Origin: an uncultured Acidobacteriota bacterium | GTDB taxonomy: Bacteria; Acidobacteriota; Thermoanaerobaculia; UBA5066; Gp7-AA6 | DNA: 64,000 nt | Assembly (NCBI GenBank): GCA_963733955.1 | Contig: CAVTEW010000003.1 | Location: forward strand, 1,308,322-1,372,321 | Direction of reading: 5' to 3' | In this document: in pieces, positions 16,373 through 26,308 of the stretch | Position numbering within the stretch: position 1 is the stretch's first letter | Layout: every line of letters begins with the position of its first letter | Notes under the pieces: generated by a model | Seen by the model: the letters and a program-made list of their open reading frames with translations, nothing else | Databases searched by the model: none | Told to the model about the DNA's origin: nothing | Made by a program: the position numbers and the translations under genes

Positions 16373-19187
16373 TTGACCGCGAAAAGCCGCCTGATCCCGA
16401 GCCTGGCCGCCCTGCTGGTCGCCCTTTCCCTGTCCGGACAGACCCCCGCGCCGAAGAAGACGAAGACGCGCTCGAGGACGGTCCCCGCGCCGGCCCGGGC
16501 GTCCGGCGCCGGCCCCCGGATCGAGTTCGAGAAATACACGCTTCCCAACGGCCTGCAGGTGATCCTGCACGTCGACCGGAAGCTGCCGATCGTGCACGTG
16601 AACGAGTGGTTCCATGTCGGCTCCAAGAACGAAAAGCCGGGGCGGACCGGTTTTGCCCATCTCTTCGAGCACGAGATGTTCGAGGGCTCCAAGAACGCGC
16701 CGGGAAAATACTGGGCCCGGATGGAGCTGGCCGGAGCCAACGTCTCGGAGGGAGGCGTCAACGGCACGACCAACAACGACCGCACCAACTACTTCACGAC
16801 CGTCCCGTCGGGCAGCCTCGAGTACGCCCTGTGGATCGAGTCGGATCGCCTGGCGACGCTCGGGCAGCACCTGACCAAGGAAAACCTCGACGCCCAGCGC
16901 GCCGTGGTCAAGAACGAGCGGCGTCAGGGCCTGGAGAACCAGCCGTACGGACGGGCCTTCGACCTGATCGCCCAGAACCTCTTTCCGGCGGGCCATCCGT
17001 ATTCCTGGTCCGTGATCGGCAGCCAGGAAGACCTCTCCGCGGCGTCCCTCGAGGACGTCCAGGAGTTCTTCGCGCGGTACTACGCGCCCAACAACCTCTC
17101 CCTCGTCATCGCGGGAGACTTCGACCCGGCCGCGGCCAAGAAGCTGGTGGAGAAGTATTTCGGCGACATCCCTCCGGGCCCGCCCCTGGACCGGCCGGAG
17201 CGCTGGATCCCGGAGCTGCCGGGCGAGAAGATCGTCGAGGCCGCCGACCGGGTGGCCCAGGAGCGCGTCTACATGGTCTGGCCGTCTCCGGAGGGGTACG
17301 CCCCGGGCGACGCGGAGCTCGACCTGGCCTCGTTCATTCTCGCCGACGGCCTGTCCTCGCGCCTCCAGAAGGTGCTGGTCCACGACCGGGAGCTCTGCAC
17401 CGCCGTCAACTCCTTCCAGTCGTCGCAGGAGATCTCCGGCTTCTACGCGGTCATCGCCACGGCGCGCCCCGGAGCGCCGCTCCCGCTGATCGAGAAGATC
17501 GTGACCGAGGAGATCGCGAAGCTGGCCAGGCAGGGTCCCACGCCGGCGGAGCTCGCGCGCGCGAAGACCAAGTGGGAGTACTCCTTCGTCTCCGGTCTGG
17601 AGCGCATCGGCGGATTCGGCGGGAAGGCCGACCGGTTGAACTCGTACAACACCTACCTGGGCGACCCGGGGAAATTCGACTTCGACCGCGACCGCTACCA
17701 GAACGCGACGGCGCAGGACGTCCGAAAGGCCGTGGCCCGCTGGCTCGACACGTCCCATCGTCTCCTGGTCCGGTTTCATCCCGAGAAATCGGGGCGCGTC
17801 GCCGAAGCGGCCTCTGGACCGCTCCAAGCAGCCCGCCCTCGGCGCCGACACGCCGTTCCGCGCGCCGGAGGTCCGGTCGGCGACCCTTCCCAACGGGCTC
17901 GAGGTCCTGGTGGTCGAGCGGCACGATCTGCCCAAGGTGGCCGTCACGCTGGCTTCCCGCGCGGGCTCGATGGCCGATCCGCCCGGGAAGGACGGAACCG
18001 CCTACCTGACCGCCGCGACGCTCAGCCTGGGCACGAAGACCCGCAAGGCCCTGGAGATCGAGTCGGCGTTCGGCGACCTCGGCACGTCTCTGGACACCCA
18101 GACGCAGAGGGAGAGCGTCCGGCTCGGATTCGAGGTCTTGAAGCGCAATCTCGACCCGGCCCTGCGGCTCCTGGCCGACGTCGTGCGCGACCCGACCTTT
18201 CCCGAGACGGAGGTCGAGCGGGAGAAGAAGCAGCACTTGGACGAGCTCGGCCAGCAGGAGAAGAACGGCAGCGCGGTCTCCCACGCGCGTGCGGGCGATG
18301 CTGCTCTTCGGTCGAACCCATCCTTATGGCCGCGCGGTGCAGGGTCTTCCCGAGACCGTCGCGAGCTTGACCCGGGAGGATCTCGCGGCGTTTCACAAGG
18401 AGCGGTACGCGCCGGGAGGCAGCGCCCTGGTGTTCGCGGGGGACGTGACGCTGGACGAGGCCAGGGCCCTGGCCTCGCAGGTCTTCGGCGCCTGGAGCGG
18501 CTCGGCGCCCGCGGCCGTGGCGGCCCCGCCGCCTTCGCCCGCGCCGGGCGGAAAAATCTATCTGGTCGACCGGCAGGACGCGGCCCAGACGGTGGTCAGC
18601 CAGTCCCTGCCGGGCCTGCCGCGGACGGCCGCCGATTACAGGGCCCTGGCCGTCGTCAACGGAGTCTGGGGCGGCGCGGTGAGCGCGCGGTTGAACCTGA
18701 ATCTGCGCGAGGACAAGGGCTATTCCTACGGCGTCTTCTCCGGGCTCGTGCCTTATCGGGATCAGGGGATCTGGAACGCCGCGGGCGGAGTGCAGACCAA
18801 CAAGACCAAGGAGTCGGTCGCCGAATTCGAAAGCGAGCTCAAGGGGATCGGCGGCGCGCAAACCGATCACCGAGCAGGAATTCGATTCCCACAAGTCCCG
18901 GATCGTCCGCGGCTATGCCCAGAAGTTCGAGACGGTCGGCCGGGTCGCCGGGGAGGTCGCCGATCTCTGGACCGACGGGCTGCCCATGTCGACGCTCCAG
19001 AAGGACTATGACGAGACGTAGCAGATCACGCTGGCCGGCGGCGCGGGACGCGGCGCGCAAGCACGCGGCCGCCGACAAGGCCATTCTTCTCCTCGTGGGA
19101 GACCGCGCCAAGATCGAGCCGGGCGTGAAGGAGCTCCACCTGGGCGAGATCGTCGTGCTGGACACGGAGGGAAAGCCGGCGAAGTGA
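16373..19187 (+). pseudogene. M16 (insulinase/PqqL-like) two-module zinc peptidase, ~938 codons, broken by at least four frameshifts (near 17.81, 18.29, 18.85 and 19.02 kb)
   Basis: HLFEHEMF HxxEH motif. Continuous M16-like sequence can be followed across three frames (ORFs 16373.., 17910.., 18289..), ending ...LLLVGDRAKIEPGVKELHLGEIVVLDTEGKPAK. Confidence 0.6.
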
Positions 19188-19221
19188 CGACGAGGACGTA
19201 GGACGTAGGACTTAGGACGTA

Positions 19222-19250
19222 GGACGTCGGAGGGACCCACCCCGACGTCC
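19222..19250. terminator. hairpin between convergent genes (weak T-tract), possible bidirectional terminator
   Basis: GGACGTCGG-N11-CCGACGTCC, preceded by GACGTAG heptamer repeats. Confidence 0.4.
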
Positions 19251-19263
19251 TTCCACCTAAGTC

Positions 19264-20376
19264 CTATTTCAGAAGGATCTCCTCGAAGAACGCCAGCGCC
19301 CGCGGATCCCTGGACTGGCCGAGCCAGAACACGGCCTGCTTGCGCACGGCGGGGTTGCGGTTGGTGCGCGCGACGCGGATGAGCTGCGCAACGCCTTCGT
19401 CCCCGGGCAGCTGCGACAAGGCAAAGACGGCCTTCTTCTTGACCTCCGTCTCGGGGTCGTCGTGGATGGCGTCTTCGATGGCGCCGGCGGCTTTCTTCCC
19501 GGCTTTCTGCGCCAGCCAGAACAGGGCCTGACCCCGCACCTCCGCCGCGCGATCGTTCCGGGCCATTCCGATCAACGTGTCGAGGGCCTCCGGCTCCGGA
19601 CTCTGCGAGAGCGCGAACGTGACCTGCTTGCGGAACTCCTCCGAGGGATCGGATCGCGCCAGCCCGCGAAGAACCTCGAACCCGCGGCGGCCCCGGGCGT
19701 TTCCCAGCCAGAAGGCGGCCTGCCGCCGAACGGGCTCGGGGTTGGCCGCGGCGACGAGGCTCTCCAGGGCCACATCGGCCGAGGGATCGTCGTGGAACGC
19801 GATCGCCGAAAGGGCCGGCTCTCCGGAGCGCTTGGTCTTCTTCCGCGAGAGGTTGGGATCGTCGACGAGCGTCTTGAGGAAGGCGACGCTCTCGGGCGCA
19901 GCCACGCCGGTCAGCCACACGACGGCGCTCCCTCCGGCGTCGATGGAGCAATTCCCGGAAAACGTCCGCAGCGTCCGCGGCGCCCCGTCCTCGAACCGCA
20001 CGAAGACGAGGAGCCGGTCCGCTCCGTTCAGTTGCGCGCAGTCGCCGGAGTCGGAGTCGAAGAATCCGGAGTAGCGATGCGCGTCGTCGAGGAAACACCG
20101 TCCTCCGCAGGGGGAGCGGTCCACGTCGTCCATCGTGTCGAAGCAGCAGATCGAACGCTGTCCCGCCATCGGCTCCTCCCAGGCGATCCACGGCGGACCG
20201 CCGGGGGAGCCGGAGGACAATCTCTGTATTGTGTCCTGGAGTCCGCCCGACAGGGGAGCGGTCTGGAACCGCGCGTGGGAGATCCGCACGGTCTGGCCGG
20301 ACGCGGCCCCCGCCGCCAGCGCGAGCGCTCCTGCAAGGATCGCAGCGCGAGCTCTCATCGTTCCCTCACTCGTCAC
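19264..20376 (-). CDS. secreted HEAT-repeat (PBS-lyase-like) protein
   Basis: Signal peptide. Repeated VRRQAAFWLG / VRGQALFWLA / VRKQAVFWLG HEAT units. Confidence 0.7.
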   Translation of the reverse strand: MTSEGTMRARAAILAGALALAAGAASGQTVRISHARFQTAPLSGGLQDTIQRLSSGSPGGPPWIAWEEPMAGQRSICCFDTMDDVDRSPCGGRCFLDDAHRYSGFFDSDSGDCAQLNGADRLLVFVRFEDGAPRTLRTFSGNCSIDAGGSAVVWLTGVAAPESVAFLKTLVDDPNLSRKKTKRSGEPALSAIAFHDDPSADVALESLVAAANPEPVRRQAAFWLGNARGRRGFEVLRGLARSDPSEEFRKQVTFALSQSPEPEALDTLIGMARNDRAAEVRGQALFWLAQKAGKKAAGAIEDAIHDDPETEVKKKAVFALSQLPGDEGVAQLIRVARTNRNPAVRKQAVFWLGQSRDPRALAFFEEILLK

Positions 20377-20379
20377 TTC

Positions 20380-21351
20380 TCACTCGTCATCCTCGGCGTC
20401 CCCGCGGCTCTTGACCGAGACCGGGCCGTTGACGGTGGACAGGCGGACCAGGGTCTCGCCGGACCCGAACTCGACCCTTCGGAAATCGTCGTCCCAGGAC
20501 TTGCGGCCGCCGGAGCACGCCGGCGCGCGGCAGGTAAACGGGGAGTGCCCGGCCGACTCGATCCGGGTGCCGGTGCGGTAGTTCTCCGGGATGCGGACCG
20601 ACAGGGGGCCGTTGTCGGCGTGCGCCTCCAGGCGGCGTCCCTCCCAATGGTCTCCCGTGAGGTTGACGGAGATCGGACCGTTGCGCGTCTGCAGGTTCTG
20701 GTCGCCGCCGCCCCCGCGCAGGCTGATCGGCCCGTTGGTCGCCTCGGCCTCGACGGAGCCCCGGCAGTTGGCGATGGAGATCGGCCCGTTCTCGGCGTGG
20801 GCCCGAACCGAGCCGGAGAGATCCAGAAGCGACAGCGGCCCGTTGGTCGTCCTGGCGGCCACCGAACCGGAGAGTTCCCGGACCGAGAGGGGACCGTTGG
20901 ACGCTTCGAGATCGACCGCGGAGCCCCGGGGCGTCTGGACGAGAAGGAAGACGAGCCATTCGCCGTTGGACGGTCCGGAAACGGAGAGACGTCCGTCTCT
21001 GCCCAGGCTGGCGGCGATCCCGGAAAGATCCTCGGAGCGCAAGGCCGCCTTGCAGACCTTGACCGACGTGTCCGAACCGTCGCCCCCTCGGACGTAGGCC
21101 CCCGACGACTCCGGAACGCGGATCGTCAGGACCGCCGCCGAGAGCCGCGCGGTCACGACGTCCTCGGCGCGGGCCGCGTCCCGTTCGTCGAACCGGACCC
21201 GGATCTGCGAGCAACTCGTGATCGCGTCTTCTCCGTCCGTCGTCACGTTGACGTTGTGCCCGCCGTGCCGGTGCCGGGACTCTCCGTCAAGGCGTCCCGG
21301 GACCGTCATTGCCAGAAAGATCGCCCCGATCAGGAATACTCTGCGTTTCAT
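20380..21351 (-). CDS. DUF4097-like beta-helical protein (putative adhesin / LiaG-like)
   Basis: AGGAG RBS before ATG 21351. Signal peptide. Repeated NGP(I/L)S(V/L) rungs. Confidence 0.75.
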   Translation of the reverse strand: MKRRVFLIGAIFLAMTVPGRLDGESRHRHGGHNVNVTTDGEDAITSCSQIRVRFDERDAARAEDVVTARLSAAVLTIRVPESSGAYVRGGDGSDTSVKVCKAALRSEDLSGIAASLGRDGRLSVSGPSNGEWLVFLLVQTPRGSAVDLEASNGPLSVRELSGSVAARTTNGPLSLLDLSGSVRAHAENGPISIANCRGSVEAEATNGPISLRGGGGDQNLQTRNGPISVNLTGDHWEGRRLEAHADNGPLSVRIPENYRTGTRIESAGHSPFTCRAPACSGGRKSWDDDFRRVEFGSGETLVRLSTVNGPVSVKSRGDAEDDE

Positions 21352-21392
21352 CGGATTCTCCTTCGCCTCACGCCTCACGCCTCACGCCTCAC

Positions 21393-22613
21393 TCACTTGT
21401 TCAGGATCTCGATCAGGTAGTCCGTGGCTTCCTTGTCGTGCACCAGGGAGAGCTTCTTGACGATCTCCTGGCGCCACTCCGGGCTCTTCTCCGCCCGCGC
21501 GAGCTCGACCAAGGCGTGGCCGTTGCCCTGGATGAAGAGCCCATTGAGCGCGGCCCGCCGCGCCTCCGGGTCTTTCTCCTCCTTGTAGATCGCGACCAGA
21601 GCCTGCCCGGTCTGCTCGCGGTTCATCACCCCGAGCTTGCGGATCGCCTCGCGGCGAAAGTCCGCGTTCTTGTCGGTCCGCGCGAGCTCCTTCAGGTGTT
21701 CGGCGTCGCCGGCGACGAACATGCCCTGGAGGATCGATTCCTTGACGTCCGGGTCGGTCTCCGTGCCGTAGAGCTCCCGAAGCTCCTGACGGGCGCCCAT
21801 GACTCCCAGCAGGCGCGCTGCGGCGCCGCGCAGGTGCGCGTCCTTCTCGGTCCGCGCGGCGGCCAGAACCCGGTCCTTCTCGCCGGCGGTCATGAAGCTC
21901 TTGAGGATGCGCTCCTTCATGTCCGCGCTCGCCGTCGAGGAATAGATCTCCGAGAGGATCTGCCGGCTCTCCTTGCCGCCGAAGAGGCCGAGGTATTTGA
22001 TGGCGGTGTCCTGCATGCCGGGATTGGACTTGCCCCGGGCGATCTCCGCCACGATCTGCCGGGCCTGCGGCGATCCGCTCTGCGACAGGACGAAGAGGGC
22101 CCGCTGTTTCATCTTCGGGCTCTGGGGACCCTGCAGAATCTTCTGCAGGAGCGGGAGCGCGCGCTCCGGATCGCTCCCGACCAGGCTGTTGATGGCGAGC
22201 AGCTTCAGGTCGTCGTCGCCCTCGCTCTCGGGCCGCGCGGTCTTTCCCTTGAGCTCGACTTCCAGGGCCGCCGCGTCGCCGCCCCAGCGTCCCTTGGGAA
22301 AGCGCCGCTTCAGATCCTCGATCGTGGCCAGGGCGTCCGCCCGCCGGCCGAGCTTGTTCTCGGCGTAGGCCTTCCAATAGAGGGCGCCCTCCACGCGGTC
22401 GCCCGGAAGCTGCGCGGCCTGGGCGAAGGCCTTTTGCGCCTTCTGCCACTGTCCCTCATCCAGCGCGTCGGTCCCCTCCTCGTACACGTCTTCCTGGCGC
22501 GTGTCTTCGTCGTCGTCCGCCCAGGCCGGCATCGCGCGCGGCGGGGCCGCGTGCAGAGGAGGTCCGGACAGGAGCAGGAGCAACGGGATCCACGTCAACG
22601 AGCGCGTCTTCAT
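21393..22613 (-). CDS. secreted HEAT-repeat protein
   Basis: Signal peptide MKTRSLTWIPLLLLLSGPPLHA followed by multiple HEAT-like repeats. Confidence 0.7.
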   Translation of the reverse strand: MKTRSLTWIPLLLLLSGPPLHAAPPRAMPAWADDDEDTRQEDVYEEGTDALDEGQWQKAQKAFAQAAQLPGDRVEGALYWKAYAENKLGRRADALATIEDLKRRFPKGRWGGDAAALEVELKGKTARPESEGDDDLKLLAINSLVGSDPERALPLLQKILQGPQSPKMKQRALFVLSQSGSPQARQIVAEIARGKSNPGMQDTAIKYLGLFGGKESRQILSEIYSSTASADMKERILKSFMTAGEKDRVLAAARTEKDAHLRGAAARLLGVMGARQELRELYGTETDPDVKESILQGMFVAGDAEHLKELARTDKNADFRREAIRKLGVMNREQTGQALVAIYKEEKDPEARRAALNGLFIQGNGHALVELARAEKSPEWRQEIVKKLSLVHDKEATDYLIEILNK

Positions 22614-22641
22614 TTGCTCTCCTTGGGGACTCCGCGTTTCT

Positions 22642-23364
22642 TCACGAAGTCACCGATGTCCCGGTCGAAGCCGGCGCCTGCTCGCGCGCCCGCACCCGGG
22701 CATCCAACACTCGAACCTTGAACAGCACTTCTTCCGAGTCGATCCGGCGCCGCAGCGCGGCCCGCGTGTCGGCCGTCGCGGCGCCGTGCGCGAGCTCGAG
22801 CAGCACCCGCTCGAGGTCGTCCAGCACGCTGGCGACCGCAGCGTCTCCGGCGGTCGACGCCGTCTGGCGGATCAGGCGGTTGTCGGCGGCGAGCTCCCCG
22901 GCCCGGCGGCGGGCCCCATCGGGGATCGTCGCGGCCGGATCGGCGTTGACGAAGTCGAGCAGAACGGCCTGGGAGCGCTCCAGGTGGTCGCCGACGGCGG
23001 AGAGGAGGATGCGCTCCCGAACGCTCGCCGAGAGGGGCTCGGCGCGGCGCGGCCAGGTCCGTCCGACCAGGAAGGCCGCCGCCACCAGCGCGGCAATCGC
23101 CGCGACGCGCAGGAAGGCGCGCTGGACTCCGAAGAGCGGCCGGGGAACGGGCTCCTGGGAGAGCCGCGGGGCAAGCCGGCGCCAGACCTCCCGTCCGTAC
23201 TCCTCGCCGCGCTCGGGAACCGGCGTCTCCTCGAGGCTCGCCAGAAACTCCGTCATGCGGGCCACCCGCAGGCGGCACCGCGGGCAGCCGTTGACGTGAC
23301 GGGCGGCGGGCGAATCCTCGCCGTACGCGAGCAGGATCAGGTCCTCGTCTCCCGCGTGATTCAT
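22642..23364 (-). CDS. anti-sigma factor (zf-HC2, single TM)
   Basis: MNHAGDEDLILLAYGE...HVNGCPRCRLRV zf-HC2 motif. ATG overlaps the sigma stop (ATGA). ORF 22642..23700 over-extended. Confidence 0.7.
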   Translation of the reverse strand: MNHAGDEDLILLAYGEDSPAARHVNGCPRCRLRVARMTEFLASLEETPVPERGEEYGREVWRRLAPRLSQEPVPRPLFGVQRAFLRVAAIAALVAAAFLVGRTWPRRAEPLSASVRERILLSAVGDHLERSQAVLLDFVNADPAATIPDGARRRAGELAADNRLIRQTASTAGDAAVASVLDDLERVLLELAHGAATADTRAALRRRIDSEEVLFKVRVLDARVRAREQAPASTGTSVTS

Positions 23365-23937
23365 GGCGTCTCCGCTCCCAGGGCCGCGAGCTCGCGGCGC
23401 AGCTTGGACACCGCCCGGAAGATGCAGTTCTTGGCCGCCCCCAGCCGCACGTCCAGCGCCCGGGCGATCTCGGCGACCGGCTTGCCCTCGAAGTGCCGGA
23501 GGACGAACGCGGCCCGTTCCATCGGCGACAGCGCTTCGAGCGATGCGGCGAGCTTGCGGCGCACGTCGGCGGCGAAGAGGTCCCGCTCCGGACCGCCGAA
23601 GGCGGCGCCCGTCCCGACCGAGGTCTCGCCCGTCTCGATCAGCTCGATCGGGAAAGCCGCGGCGGCGGGAGCCCTGCGCCGCAACACGTCGATGGCGCAA
23701 TTGGCCGCGATCCGGTGGAGCCAGGTGCTGAACTCGGCCTGGCCCTCGAACCTTGCCAGATTGCGGTAGGCACGTAGGAACGTTTCCTGGACCACGTCTT
23801 CGGCGTCCTCCTCGTTTCCGGTCATGCGGTAGGCCAGTCGGAAGATGTGGCGGCTGTGCCGCTCCACCAGCTCCCGGAAGGCCTCGCGATCGCCGGCCCG
23901 CGCGCGCGCCACGGCGGCGGCATCGATTCCTTCCATC
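23362..23937 (-). CDS. ECF (RpoE-like) RNA polymerase sigma-70 factor
   Basis: Region 2 EDAEDVVQETFLRAYRNL and region 4 PVAEIARALDVRLGAAKNCIFRAVSKLR. ORF 23361..24749 over-extended. Confidence 0.85.
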
Positions 23938-23941
23938 CGCT

Positions 23942-23975
23942 CTATTAGACGCAACGTGGCTCGGAAAGTTAGGCG
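23942..23975 (-). promoter_or_regulatory. candidate autoregulated ECF-type promoter (AACTTT-N16-TCTAA) directly upstream of the sigma gene
   Basis: Minus-strand sequence TAACTTTCCGAGCCACGTTGCGTCTAATAGAGCGG-ATG. Resembles GGAACTT-N16-TCTRA sigmaE-type promoters. The very short leader weakens the call. Confidence 0.3.
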
Positions 23976-24073
23976 GAGGTGAGGGTCCCTCCCCGCGTTC
24001 CCCCGTCCCCTGTCTGATTCTCGAAAGGGTCGAGCGCGCGTGGCAGATCTGAGGAATGACGGTGCCGATCGAC

Positions 24074-25625
24074 CTATCGCCCCCCGTCCAGGATTTCCCT
24101 GATCTTCTTTCCCAGCATGGCTGGAGTGAAGGGCTTCTGCAGGAAGTGCGTGCCGGGCTCCAGGGCGCCTTCCGGCGCCACCGCCTCGTCGCCGTAGCCC
24201 GAAACGAAGAGGACGGGCGTCCCAGGACGCAGACGCTGGATGTGAGCGGCCACGTCGCGCCCGGTCAGTCCGGGAAGCATGACGTCGGTCACCAGGATGT
24301 CGATCGGCCCTTCGTGCGTTCCCGCCGCGCCGATGGCCTCCGCCGCGTCGCCCGCGGGGATCACCGCGTAGCCCTGGAGTTTCAAGAGCTTCAGAACGAG
24401 AGCCCGCACCTCCGGCTCGTCCTCGACGAAGAGAATCGTCTCCGATCCTCTGGTGGAAGCCGTGGCCCGGGCGTGTTCGATGGCCGAAAGGGGCGCGTCG
24501 ACCCGGGGCAGGTAGACCTTGAAGACGCTTCCGTTGCCCGGCTCGCTGTAGACCCAGACGTAGCCGCCGCTCTGCTTGACGATCCCGTAGACCGTCGACA
24601 GTCCAAGCCCGGTCCCTTGCCCCCTCGCCTTGGTCGTGAAGAAGGGCTCGAAAAGCCGGGCCTGGATCTCGTGAGGAATGCCGACGCCCGTGTCGGAAAC
24701 CGCCAGCTGCGCGTATTCGCCGGGCTCGACCGGAAAGTCCTTGCGCCACCTCGTTCCGTCCAGCTCCGTGTTGCGCGTCTCGATCGAGAGTTTGCCGCCC
24801 CGCGGCATCGCGTCACGGGCGTTGATCGCCAGATTCAAGATCACTTGCTCGATCTGCCCGGGATCGGCCAGCACGTGCCAGAGGTCCGGGCTCGCCGAAG
24901 TGATGAGGTCGATGTTCTCGCCGATGAGCCGAACGAGCATGTTGGAGACGCCGCGCACGACCTCGTTCAAGTCGAGCACCCGAGGCTCCAGAACCTGGCG
25001 CCGGGAGAAGGCCAGGAGCTGGCGCGTGAGCGCCGTGGCTCTTTCACCGGCCTTGAGAATCTCCTCGGCATGCTCGCGCCGCGTGTCCCCCGCCGGCAGC
25101 TCGGTCAGGAGCAGAGCGCTGTAGCCCTGGATCGCGGTCAACAGGTTGTTGAAGTCGTGCGCCACGCCCCCCGCCAATCGTCCGACGGCATCCATCTTCT
25201 GAGACTGGATCAGGCGCTGCTCGAGCTCCCGCTGCTCCGTCACGTCGCGGGCGATGCCGACGACCGTCGGTCTCGCGCCCGAATCCCTGGAAACCGAGCG
25301 CCGCACGACGGCGAGGGTTCGCGCCGGCCGTTCCGGCAGCGAGAATTCCTCCGGCGGAACGGCAAACGACCCGCGCTCGATCGCCGCTCGATCCTCCCGC
25401 TCGTATCGGGCTGCCCGCTCGGGGTCGAAGAGGTCGCGGTCGGTCCGGCCCAGGATGGCTCCCGCGTCTCTCCCGACCAGGCGGGCGAACTCGCCGTTGA
25501 TGGCGGCGTAGCGCAAGCCCTCGTCCTTGACCCAGGCCGGATCTCCGATTGACTCCAGGAGAGCCTCCATCCGGGCCCGGTCCAGACCCGAGTCTTTCTC
25601 CCCCTCGGTCTCCCTGTCGTCCATC
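24074..25625 (-). CDS. hybrid sensor histidine kinase (PAS - HisKA - HATPase - C-terminal REC)
   Basis: HDFNNLLTAIQG H-box, HATPase G-boxes, C-terminal receiver ILFVEDEPEVR...DVMLPGLTG. Start taken at MDDRETEG. Confidence 0.85.
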
Positions 25626-25807
25626 ACTCTCCCTCGGGCGGCAACCGGTCCCCGACGTGTCTGTCGGAATGCACCGCTCCAAAGTTGAAGTGGCTCGCCG
25701 GAGGCGAAATCCACACAAACTTTTTTTGCGAAAGTGAAATAGTTGAGCTCCGCAGGCGTCATTTGGGCGCAAGGCGCCGGTTCGGTTAGAATGCCGAAAA
25801 CCCAATC

Positions 25808-26308
25808 ATGTCGACGGAGTTCCCCCAGACCGCCCGGCAAGTCGTCGAGTCGGTCCTGTTGGATCCTCAGGAACGCAAGAAACTCGTCGGTTTCGCCGGA
25901 GCGCGCTACGGAATCCGGGAAGAGGACGCTGAGGATCTGCTTCAGGAAACCGCCCTGGAGCTCCTGCGGCAGCGGCACTCCGTGAGGAGCCCCCAGGCCT
26001 ACCTGTTCACCGTTTTCAAGAACCGCTGCGTGCGGTTCTTCCGGACCCGCAAGCGGCAGGCCGCCGTCGAGCTCGACGAGCAGATGCCTGACCCGACGTC
26101 GGTCGCGGCGGGGGAGAAGCGGGAACGTCATCTGGCCGTCCGCCAGGCGCTGTGCCGAATCTCGTCCGCTTGCCGAAAGCTCCTGGCGTCCTTCTACGTC
26201 GAAGGCAAGAGTCTCAAAGAAACGTCGGCGGAGAGCACGTATGCTTTCAGCGGGATGGGCAATACGATCAATCGTTGCCTGGAGAGACTTCGCGCATGCA
26301 TGGAATGA
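25808..26308 (+). CDS. ECF sigma-70 family factor
   Basis: Region 2 EDAEDLLQETALEL and region 4 LKETSAESTYAFSGMGNTINRCLERLR. Confidence 0.8.
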   Translation: MSTEFPQTARQVVESVLLDPQERKKLVGFAGARYGIREEDAEDLLQETALELLRQRHSVRSPQAYLFTVFKNRCVRFFRTRKRQAAVELDEQMPDPTSVAAGEKRERHLAVRQALCRISSACRKLLASFYVEGKSLKETSAESTYAFSGMGNTINRCLERLRACME

